This document shows positions 33,901 to 44,357 of a stretch of 64,000 nucleotides of DNA, piece after piece (the first letter of the stretch is position 1; each line of letters opens with the position of its first letter). The stretch is from Hormiphora californensis (lineage: Eukaryota; Animalia; Ctenophora). The stretch is taken from contig CM035352.1 of assembly GCA_020137815.1 (NCBI GenBank), positions 2,046,001 through 2,110,000 on the forward strand, written 5' to 3'. The translations under genes were made by a program, and so were the position numbers. Below the pieces are notes generated by a model. The model searched no databases. It was given only the letters and a program-made list of their open reading frames with translations, and was not told where the DNA came from.

Positions 33901-36900
33901 TAATCATAACAAAAACCTGACTAAATTTTTTCAACTTGGGGTAAAACCATGGGTGTCAAAAGTTAGCTCTAAGTCCCCTGAGTAACCATCCGGAGACTCT
34001 AAGAGATATTTCAAGCCGTTCTCCTGTAATCATTAATCCCGGTAGAGCACATATTTGAGTATGGACGTACGTGCAATTGCCTACAACCTCAACTTTAATG
34101 TATAACGTTAATGTGCGTCTCTCTCTTTTCTCCCCCTTGAGAAAGAGTTATCTCGCGCGGCGCAACCGCACGTGCGGTTTTTCCAGAGAGAGTGAGAGAC
34201 ATACAATAACATGTAAACAGCCTGCCAGCGCTCACGTACGTCCGCATTGTATTTTTTTCTCCACCGGGATTAATGATTACGGGAGAACGGCTTGAAATAT
34301 CTCTTAGAGTCTCCGGATGGTTACTCAGGGGACCTAGAGCTAACTTTTGACACCCATGGTTTTACCCCAAGTTGAAAAAATTTAGTCAGGTTTTTGTTAT
34401 GATTAGCAACATTTCAACTGCTGATTACACCAAGATGAAAACAGTTTGTGAAAAAGTAACACCTGTTTAGAGGTCGTGTCGAGGCTCCAAACAGATGTGA
34501 CAAAAACTGGAACAATTGGGAGAGGTCGATGTAGTTATCGACTCTACTATTAGAGATCAGGAGGTCAAAGTGGGAAAGTTTCTTAGAGATTGGGAGGTTA
34601 AAATGGGAAAGTTTCTTGGAGATTAGGAGGTCAAAGTGGGAAAGTTTCTTAGAGATTGGGAGGTTAAAATGGGAAAGTTTCTTGGAGATTAGGAGGTCAA
34701 AGTGGGAAAGTTTCTTAAAGATAAGGAGGTCAAATTGGGAAAGTTTCTTAGAGATAAGGAGGTCAAAGTGGGAAATTTTTTAAAGAGATTAGGAGGTCAA
34801 AGTGGGAAAGTTTCTTAGAGATAAGGAGGTCAAAGTGGGAAAGTTTCTTAGAGATTAGGAGGTCAAAGTGGGAAAGTTTCTTAGAGATTTAAAGGAGGTC
34901 AAAGTGGGAAAGTTTCTTAGAGATTAGGAGGTCAAAGTGGGAAAGTTCCTTAGAGATAGGGAGGTCAAAGTGGGAAAGTTCATTGTTCAGACTGTCTGCC
35001 CTGGGTAACACAAGGAGAGAGATAATCCAAGAATAAACTCAGCAAGGTTCCTGTTGAAATTACCCCCCACACATACCAGCACAGTTCAGGGCTGGGGCAC
35101 ACTTTTGAGATGTATTTCCCATCAACAGGATCACACTTGTATTCCATACAGTTCTTATTGTCATAAACCCACGTGTTCAGCTCCCTGTTAAACCACACAC
35201 CACACACGTCCACACGCCTCTGCTGGCAGTGCGTGTAGACCACCTGGAAACAAACGGGATGTTAGCATGTATACCATCTAAAGAAACAGGAGGGTGGTAG
35301 ACCAACTAGAAAGAGTGGTGATGATTGTTGATCATCTCGCTAGTCGATCAGGATCACTCACAGCATATAATCAGTATACAGCATGATTTCTGTCAGCTAC
35401 ACATGAGCTAGTCGATCAGGACTTTTCTCTCTCACAACATATTACAGCATGTCCTAAAAATATTACCTGTTCCCCATCCTCCGTACACCAAAAGGAGTGT
35501 TTCACGCTCTGAGTGTTGGGTATTTGGACGCCACTCGTTACGTTGGTGCACCAGCATCTAGCTGTACTGTTATCGCAGTTCATGGGGAAGAATAGTCCGT
35601 CCGACCGGCAGCTGCAACAAGGGTTATATGTTAAATTCTCTGCATGATAATACAATGTATTGTTTAATTTATATTAATAGATTCAATAGACCCAGCTAAT
35701 GTCTAAAACCCAGCTAATGTCTAAAACCGAGTTTTGAAAAATGAAAACAGCCTTGGGCACATCACACTCCTCTAAATTCCCGTTATAGCGAGGTGCCTAT
35801 AAAAGATACAGAAATATCTCTCATGCTCACAGCCCGATGGTTCATCTCTTGTACTAACCTGATGGGCACACAGTTGGCCTCTTTCCGTATGGTGCTGGTA
35901 CCGGGGATAATGGACTTGGGACAGGCGTTGTACGAGCTTATCTGGCATTGTGTCCTGTTCTCCTTTACTCTGGGACAACTTCCTGGAACAGGCGTTTGTG
36001 TAACCATAGAAACCATGTGTCTGTGTAACCATAGAAACCATGTGAGTGTAACCAAGTGTGTGTAACTATAGTAACCATAGTAACCATGTGTGTGAATTGT
36101 GTAACCATAGTAACCTGTGTACCTGGATAAAAGATGCTCTCCGTATTCTCCATGATATCGCCTGTGTCATAAAACACACAGAAACAGAAGGCAGCATTGC
36201 ATTGAGTCGACTGGAAATGGCCGCTCTCATCGCATGTTAGAGTCTCCTGTTGCTTGCACGGTGTCATGGCCCTCCGGACCCCTTCCTCGTCACACCAATA
36301 CTCACCCCGACTAGAGAGGGAGGGATAGATAGAATTAAAAAGTTGGTTCACCCCGACTAGAGGGGGAGGGATATAGAATTAGAAAGTTGGTTCACCCCGA
36401 CTAGAGAGGGAGGGATAGATAGAATTAGAAAGTTGGTTCACCCCGAATAGAGAGGGAGGGAGATAGAATTAGAAAGTTGGTTCACCCCGACTAGAGAGGG
36501 AGGGAGATAGAAATAGAAAGTTGGTTCACCCCGACTAGATATAGTGGGAGACATCTGTTGATTATTATTCAGTGCACAATAGTCAGAGCATGCAGGCTCT
36601 TTTCTGAACAGAAGATTCTTAGGAAAGTTCAGAAAGTTCCGAAAGGATCCCCATATAATCTCATCCCATTATAATATTCTTTCCCCTCTTGTCTATTCAT
36701 AATTATCGACAAGAAAGAACATCAAAATGGTAGGTTAATAATCTCGTGTGGGGTGCTATCCTTGTTTTGTTCAAACGGGAGAGAGGGTCGAGCAAGGCAA
36801 CCTACCCATGAGCTTAATTAACAGCTCAGAAATAGTGAGCACGCTTACTTGAATGCCCGGTTATCGGTGAATTGCCCAAATCGAGGGTCAACGCAGTGGC

Positions 36901-39900
36901 ACAGTCCATGGCCATTTTCACATTGAACTCTCGTGTAGTTACCTGTTTGGAAGAAGTTATATGATAAACCACCTGATCCAATGAAGAATTCTATTCGGAA
37001 GGAGAGTCTCGCGGCATATGTCTGACTACATGGTTCGGAATATGCCGCGAGACTCTAACCGATCTCCTTACCATCACTCCGCGGCAGGCAACACCTCAAT
37101 CCTATTCGGAATGATTTCTACTCCAAATGGAAAAAAACAGAGTATTGTCCTCGAAAAACTTTTGTAATTACACCCGAAATATAGTAACCATTAGTTACAA
37201 ATGGTTACCGTTGGTTACCACTCTATAATATTTACCGTTAGACTGGCATGTGGGAACACTGCAGCCACTCTCATTCTCCCCACAGCCCGCATCCTCCTCC
37301 TTCTGGCACCCCGTCCTATTATCATATTGGAATGGGCATTCTGCCAGGTCAGCACTCACTGAGGAGAGAGTGAATTCTCACGGGGGGAATATGAAAAAAG
37401 GCTGAAGAAAGAGACTATCATGATCGTTCCGCACCGATATCCCATCACGATTATATCGGGACTAGGGAAAGAAAATATTATTATATGCATTATTATTCAT
37501 AAAATAGGAAACATAAATCAATTATTATATCGTTATTTACTTTGTAAATGTGGGACGATGCACCTGCAGAATTTTCGTGCAGATATAATCCCTTGAATAA
37601 TATTGGTTACGAAGTCACCCCTATTATTGCATATAGGGGTGACAATACCGCCTACCTAAAAATGAAAATTTACAGGACCTTCTCATGAAAAGTTATCGAA
37701 AACTTGTCTAAAACCTATCTAAAACGTATGGTACTAGTTTGTATAGTAACCAGGACCTGAATTCTACAGAAAGTAACGACCGGTAGCGATTCCACCACAT
37801 GTTTAACAACAGAGGTGTGTCGCATAACTCCTTATATGGGCATAAAATTCCAATCTTGTGGAATTTATTCTGACTCGACTATAGCTTAGTTATCAATGAA
37901 TCCACCTCTAATACCTTTGGAATGGCATTTTGCACATTTCTGAAGCTTTTTGTAGCCAAATTCCAGCATCTTCATAGTTTTCCAAAAACAAAAACAGTGT
38001 TAATGGCCAAAATATCGAAAAATTCTGGTATGTAATGGTAGCTCAGACAATTTCCTCGGTATGTTCAAAAAATTAGAACTTTCTGTTTTGTAGTTTGGAC
38101 ACAGGAATTTTTTTCCCGCCGTACAAGCGATATTATTACCCCTCCGTGAGCTAGCGCAGAGGGGTAATTTCATTACCAATGAATAATATAGGTTTCAAGT
38201 ATGTGAGGACACATGATATTATCATTGATAAACAGATGTACAAATTAATAATCGATATTATATTAATATAAAAACAAAAGTTGAAACACTCACCTCTTGT
38301 CATTACAGCTCCGTTATCAGCAAACACGCACACACAACCTCCATCACTGCCACACTGCCGCGGTATGAACCTTCCATAGATATCACACTCCATAACCTCC
38401 TGTCCTCTACACTCGGTCATCTGCAGTTTCTTACCCTCCCTGGTACACACAAAGGTACCCTCGCGACCCTGGGTCCGGGGGATAGCCTGCCCCGTTGTTA
38501 CATTGACACAGGAGCACTGTTGTGAGGTGAAACAGTGTAGTGGGACAAACTCCCCCACCTCTGTACATGGTACACATGATTTGGGATTGTTATTGTTAGA
38601 GCTGCATGAGTTAGTATCCCACTGTAGCTGACATGTCGTCCTATCATCCAACCTCTCCTTACACTCATCACCATGGTTACCCTGGTTACCATGGTTACCA
38701 TCACCCTGGTTACCCTGGTTACCATGGATTCTAGCTCCACTATCTTTATACACACACCAGCACTCCTTTCCATCACACTGGGTGTTGTTGTAGTGGCCCT
38801 CCGCTGTACAAGATGCCTGTGTATCTAGATGACAGGGCGTCTGTACCATCCTTCCCTCATCATCACACAGGAACCTTCCAAATCCACTGTGAGTGACGTC
38901 ATCACTGTGTGTGACGTCACCAGTAATGGGATGGACACAGTGACACACAGCACCTGTACACTGCCGTCTTACAAACATCCCATCTGCCGTGCACTGGACA
39001 TGACACTCTCCAGGCCTGTCTAGAGTTCTGGTCTGGTTGTTGATCACGCTCGGGCATGCCACATCACGTGATCTCTCACATTTGCTCCTGGTATCCTTTC
39101 TAGGGGTACACCCTGTACTGTTCACACTATACACAGCACCACTATCGGTATACACACAGTAGGCTAGACCATTTGGTGTTTGCTGGACAGGTTCAAAGAG
39201 CCCGGTGATATTGTCACACTCCAAAAGGGTCTGGTTAACACGACATGCAGTCAGCACGTATACACGTCCCTCTTGGGTACACGAGAAGGGCAGAGAAGGG
39301 TCTACTGGGGTGTCTGTCACAACTCCTGTTGTCATGTCAACGCAATAACACTCCTCACCACTGCATTGTTTGGGATGAAACATCCCCTCACTGGTACACT
39401 GAACAACACAACCCTGATCTCCATGACATCCGTCTCCATGACACACATCTCCATGACACTCGTCTTGCTTCTTCTCGCACCTACTCCTCAAATCATAGGA
39501 AGCGGAACAATCCGAATCACGGAGGTTGATCTTGCCTGAATCAACATATACACACACCATCTCACCATCAGCAGTCTGCTGCCGGGGTAGGAACAAGCCC
39601 TTCTCATCACACTTCAAGGCGGTCTGATTCTGACACCCTGTGGACGGAATAACTTCACCAGCTACCGTGCAGTAGAACGCATCATGGGAAATAGTGGGAG
39701 CGATAGCAGAACCAGTCTTGACGTCCACGCAGAAACAAATGTCCTGACCAATACATTGGCGGGCCTGGTAGAACCCTGTGTTGGTACAAAACTTATCCGA
39801 GTAATCTTTGTCACAGTTGAACAGCTCAAAATCTCCCTTCTTGTTGCACACATGGCCTGGTGTCCGGTGACACAAGGACCGTGGGTCAGCATCTTTAGAA

Positions 39901-42513
39901 CAGGCTGGGTTGGGGTAACCGGTGTCACGATACACACACCCTCCTTTCTGCTTCACCAAGAACTCCTTGCCAGTACACTTTAGGGAATCCTGATCCCTAC
40001 ATCCCTGATCACCGGGTACAAGTTCTCCCTTACTGCTACAGGTGAGTTGATGCGTTATATCCAGTTTTCGAGGAGAGGTGGATGTTAGTTTTCCGGTCAT
40101 GGGGTGAACACAAAAACACACGCCCCCAGGGAGGCATTGGAGGGGTAAAAACCTTCCCGTGGCATCATCACAAGCTAGCGGGGAGCACTCCTTTCCATCA
40201 CTTCCACTACACAGTGTTTCTCTCTGTTTCTGACACGGTTTGTGGGAGGTTGATATCAGCCCCTGCTCGCACTCCTTTGCTCCCCGTGACCCCGGTACTT
40301 TCTCCCCTGTATCTGCGTAAACGCAGTAACACGGGGAACTTTTAGGGCACACCCGTGATTGAAACACTCCCTCCTTTGTACAAGGGAGGCGTGTCTGGCG
40401 CTGACAAGGAGTAAGGGGTGTCGGTTCAAAGCTGGCACCGCATCTGTGTGTGCCCTTTTCCCAGGGCTCCCCCAGGACCTCTCCCGTTCCCTGGTTCACG
40501 CACACACAGGTCCTGTCCTTACTACATCGCTCAGCTAGGTAGCCACCATCTGTATCACAGAAGGAAGGACAAGAAGAGGTGAATCCAACCAATTCATCCC
40601 ATTTCATTGGACATTCTTTCTCCCATTGTACCTGACACGGGGACCTCTTGTCCAGTAGCATGCGACAAGTAGGTAGCCCATAAACTGATTCAGTACCCCT
40701 GACCTCAGCCCCGGTGTCATAATAAAGACAGGTACAGTATTGGAAGGAACACTTGAGAGGTGAGAACCAGTGTCCCGGATCATCAGCACACAGAGGACAC
40801 TCGTAGCACTTCTCACAACACGTCTTATCACAGGTATGGTTGTTGTTAACCTCTACCTGTACTCCCATATCGTCACAGTAAGAGGCAGTCAGGTTGGTGG
40901 TGTAGAGGGTGGTACTAGTAGTTGTGTTCACACAGGAACACGTGTTGTCATCACAACGGAGCTCGTGAGATCCTGGGGAGGGAATTTAATTAGGAATCTA
41001 ATTACGGGCATTTTCTATAACTATATTATAGCAGTAGATATCACATGTCTGTCTGTCTGTATATAATATCTGTCATGTCCATCTGTATTATATTTGTCCC
41101 AGTCTACTTCTACAGCGGGTAAAGTCTGCCAGTTAACTTACCACACTCGGCAACATCAGAGGTGAGGACCCCATTGCTGCCCTCCTTCTCACACATACAA
41201 TCCTCGTCACTACAGTACATTAGGAAACACCGATCTATGTTACAATGTGACTCTTCACGTGCTGCAGTGGTTACTCTGGTCTCACTAGTTCCATTTGTAG
41301 GAGGGTGGGTGGTTGTAGTAGTGTTTCCTGGGGTGGTATTAGTGCTGCTAACGTTCCGGTTATCAGATGTTGGTGTTGTAGTCGGCCCTGCTGGCACGGT
41401 TCTATTTCCTTCTTTCCCCGCAGTAACTACCTCGTTTATACCAGTGGTAACTTCCTCTTCTTCAGAGGCCCCTCCCTCCTCCTGAGTTGTCCCTTTCACC
41501 CAGGCTGGTTCCGTGGGTGTTGTTGTTGCTCTCTTCTCCACTGGTTCAGCGGCAGTTGTGACTTCTTGTTCAGCGGCAGTTGTAACTTCTTGTTCAGAGG
41601 CAGTTGTGACTTCTTGTACAGCGGCAGTTGTAACTTCTTGTTCAGAGGCAGTTGTGACTTCTTGTTCAGAGGCAGTTGTAACTTCTTGTCCAGCGGCAGT
41701 TGTGACTTCTTGTCCAGCGGCAGTTGTAACTTCTTGTCCAGCGGCAGTTGTAACTTCTTGTCCAGCGGCAGTTGTAACTTCTTGTACAGCGGCAGTTGTA
41801 ACTTCTTGTCCAGCGGCAGTTGTAACTTCTTGTCCAGCGGCAGTTGTAACTTCTTGTCCAGCGGCAGTTGTGACTTCTTGTTCAGAGGCAGTTGTAACTT
41901 CTTGTCCAGCGGCAGTTGTAACTTCTTGTTCAGCGGCAGTTGTAACTTCTTGTCCAGCGGCAGTTGTGACTTCTTGTCCAGCGGCAGTTGTAACTTCTTG
42001 TACAGTGGCAGTTGTAACTTCTTGTCCAGCGGCAGTTGTGACTTCTTGTACTGTGTTTGTTGTTGCTGTTTCTTTCTCCCCCGCTCCTTCAGCGGCAGTT
42101 GTAACTTCTCCTTCAGCGGCAGATTTCACTTCTTCTATCCAGTCCAGAACCTCCGTAGCATGAACGACATTATTATTGATCCAAACGGTCCAGTTATCTG
42201 TCTCATCTATTTCCTCAGTCCCAATTTCATTAGACAGCTCCTCTGGAGAGAATGGCCTGCCGATCTGAACCACATTCGCAGGGGAGGATGTAAATGTACT
42301 CCCAGCTAGGCCCAACCTGAGGGGAAAAGGGGGCTTGTTTTGAATTTAGATCATAATAATATCTTCTTTCCTAACCAAAGAAAGAGAGGCCCCTCACCCA
42401 AACAAGTTCCTAACCCAGACCGCCACGTGGCCTAAATATTACTACTCTAGATTCTAGAGTCTAGAACACACTCACCAGAAAGCGAGAACCCACCAACGAT
42501 TGCCTCTCACCAT
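21907..42513 (-). CDS. Giant secreted thyroglobulin type-1 repeat protein: signal peptide, mucin-like stalk, at least 25 TY repeats, VWC domain, C-terminal tail
   Basis: Exon 1 (42513-42476) + exon 2 (42316-41142) give MVRGNRWWVLAFWLGLAGS... and EVTTAAGQ repeats. The 2.7-kb exon 40972-38294 has 13 CxCV..TG motifs. Many further Cys-rich exons (QCNIRTKECWCVDEQG, QCHKQQCWCVDPFNG). VWC-like CYYQGKFYRHGEEFDMGC...CPDP...DPCCKVYAC at 22817-22449. Last exon ends TGA at 21907. No TM helix seen. Confidence 0.85.
22198..22340. mobile_element. Small MITE with ~20-bp TIR
   Basis: GGGTCCGCACAGACTGATCA ... TGATCAGTCTGTGCGGGTCC. Confidence 0.6.
23889..23989. mobile_element. hAT-type MITE with 8-bp TSD
   Basis: TIR CAGGAACCGACCGA/TCGGTCGGTTCCTG and TSD CTGTACTG (23881-88, 23990-97). 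A truncated copy lies at 23203-23305. Confidence 0.88.
26675..27016 (-). repeat. 3 x ~122-bp tandem repeat spanning a splice acceptor
   Basis: Each unit is a pyrimidine tract + TTTGTAG + the first 56 nt of the LEGVEKCTEEGWYPTPDC exon. Confidence 0.9.
27760..29280 (-). pseudogene. Decayed R4/Dong-like non-LTR retrotransposon (RT and C-terminal REL region)
   Basis: Across shifted frames: INHRLYLDDLK, CYKY...LGILE, RDVDRL...LGG, TWAWLNK, FAAQDQALRTNWIKA, IFLWDF. Many frameshifts and stops. Confidence 0.75.
29896..30126 (+). CDS. C3HC4 RING-finger ORF carried inside the Polinton-type element; possibly the first exon of a longer spliced gene
   Basis: CAIC...CNHYFCATCLLQW...CPYCR with all eight ligands intact. 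Candidate GTTAGT donor at 30106. Confidence 0.75.
   Translation: MQFKHPDTGLRPLSLLCAICQDAIDNVETPLAVTICNHYFCATCLLQWLLVRSETSNCPYCRTKVNRIRLVSFFSQ
31441..31587 (-). repeat. ~2.6 x 56-bp tandem repeat spanning a splice acceptor
   Basis: Unit = CTCCCTCAG + the first 24 nt of the exon RCRSQYQL. Confidence 0.9.
32648..34980. repeat. ~30-bp intronic minisatellite (GGGAAAGTTTCTTAGAGATAAGGAGGTCAAAGT-type), split by a foldback insertion
   Basis: Dozens of units at 32648-33750 and 34551-34980. Confidence 0.97.
33754..34552. mobile_element. 0.8-kb foldback element with ~294-bp arms inserted at a TTA of the minisatellite (PIF/Harbinger-like target)
   Basis: TAATAGTAGAGTCGATAAC... / ...GTTATCGACTCTACTATTA. 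Arms 33754-34047 and 34259-34552. The satellite resumes in register. Confidence 0.88.
36303..36539 (-). repeat. 5+ x 44-46-bp tandem repeat spanning a splice acceptor
   Basis: Minus-strand unit AACCAACTTTCTAATTCTATCTATCCCTCCCTCTCTAG|TCGGGGTG. Confidence 0.92.
37614..38170. mobile_element. Hairpin-bounded HINE/Helentron-like element
   Basis: Hairpins GTCACCCCTA...TAGGGGTGAC (37614-37643) and ATTACCCCTC...GAGGGGTAAT (38135-38168). Confidence 0.45.
41543..42055 (-). repeat. Coding 24-bp tandem repeat (EVTTAAGQ), mucin-like O-glycosylated stalk
   Basis: About 21 in-frame units in exon 2 of the TY-repeat gene. Confidence 0.95.
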
Positions 42514-42966
42514 GTCAGTGTCCTATTAGGCTACAAACATGGACACACTTCCTACACAAAAAGGCTGGAAAAACTGCTTTAAAGCTATATTTTACTGCTA
42601 AGAAAAATAAATAAATAAAAATAAATAAAAATCTTGGTTTAGGTTCTGCAAAAGTGCAAAAATCTTGGTTTAGGCTCTGCAAAAGTGCAAAAAAAATCCA
42701 AGTACTGCGTCAAGGTGGAAGAGTGGGGGGACAGGGCGGGGAAATGAGGGTCCCCCTCTTTGTGCAGCTCAAAATTAGGCATCTTCTCGGGTTGCAGAGA
42801 GAGAGAGGGAGAGAAAGATAGAGAGAAAGTGGGAGAGAAAGTAAGAGAAAGTGGGAGAGAAGGTAAGAGAAGAAGGGTGGCTCGGGGCGAAGTGATGGAA
42901 AAGATAAAGATTGTTAATAAGATCATTGATATGTTCGTTGATTGCCTAACTTACACCAAATTATAG

Positions 42967-42969
<3 letters not shown>

Positions 42970-43012
<43 letters not shown>

Positions 43013-43013
43013 T

Positions 43014-43085
<72 letters not shown>
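42970..43085. repeat. (GA)n microsatellite
   Basis: Direct reading. Confidence 0.95.
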
Positions 43086-43088
<3 letters not shown>

Positions 43089-43851
43089 AATTTGAGTCTT
43101 TGCTGATCAAAACTATGGATGCAGAGCCGGAAACTAAGGTTACGGAGGAGGTCGTTCTGAAATGGCGTCATTGTTTTCTTCACGTGCAATCATAATTGAA
43201 AGTCCAGGACAAAGGGCAAGTTGGATATAAGAATGAAAATGCAGAGAGATAGAGGGGGAGAGAAATAGAAAGACTGAGAAAGATGGAGAATAATAACAGT
43301 GACAGAGCAGAAGAAACGCAACATATTATTTTACCGCCTTCAATATTCATCCACAATTCACAAGAGTTTATGTTGAGTAAGGACTCGACAAAAGAATTCC
43401 GGCTCACATACACTGAACAGCCGTCACCTCTCTCCTTTCCAGGGACAAGGATCTCTCTCCCCTCTCTCTTTCTCTATTCCTTCCCCCTTTCTAACATGTT
43501 ACCCTATCAACATGATTAACAACAAATATATCTTACCCGAGTGATATTCTCTCTAAGATATTCATCATATATTCAGAATTTATTGATTGAATATATCACG
43601 TACCCTATAACTTTCGAGGTCCTCACCTATGATCATCATGTCGACGTGGCTGCTCTTATCTCCACTAACATTCCGTGAGGGGTGGAGGAGGATTATCATG
43701 AAACATTCCACTATGTGAAGTGAATATATTTATTAGGAGGAGAACTCATCACCCCTCTTCTAGATTAATCTTCGTGACGTGATACGTGTGTTACATAAAG
43801 TTTAAACAATATAGTTTCAACTGCAAAGAAAAGGAATAGGTTAACATTTAA

Positions 43852-44202
43852 GGGGGGGTGACACGTAACACTTTGTAACACTTTGTAACATGTAACGTGC
43901 ACAAAATATTTTCTGCACATGTTACAAAGTGTTACAAGCGTTACAAAGTGTTACAAAGTGTTACAAAGTGTTACAAAATGTTGCAAAATGTTGCAAAATG
44001 TTGCAAAAAATGCCCATTTTGTAACATTTTGTAACACTTTGTAACATTTTGTAACACTTTGTAACATTTTGTAACACTTTGTAACACTTTGTAACACTTT
44101 GTAACACTTTGTAACACTTTGTAACATGTAACGTGCACAAAAAGTTTTCTGCACATGTTACAAAGTGTTACAAAGTGTTACGTGTCACCCCCCCCCCCCC
44201 CC
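43852..44202. mobile_element. Modular foldback MITE built from 10-bp GTTACAAAGT units, TTAA-associated
   Basis: TIR GGGGGGGTGACACGTAACACTTTGTAACACTTTGTAACATGT. Internal 10-mer blocks alternate in orientation. TTAA on the left and ATTTAA on the right. Confidence 0.8.
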
Positions 44203-44357
44203 ATTTAATCACATTCACATGTTGTATCTCTCATTGCCCAAAAACTACCCAAATATATCATCCATATCTTGTCACACACACTTAAGTTATTTGATGAGAC
44301 CCCAACTCAACAAAAAGTGATTGTTCGTTCAAAAAAGGCTCTCCCTGCTCCAATACT

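Noticed and set aside
41305-42309. Plus-strand Cys/Ser-rich repeat ORFs
   Set aside because: Antisense shadows of the EVTTAAGQ exon, which has splice sites and a signal peptide on the minus strand.
43951-44156. VTKCYKVLQ repeat ORFs
   Set aside because: Translation of the 10-bp units of a foldback MITE.
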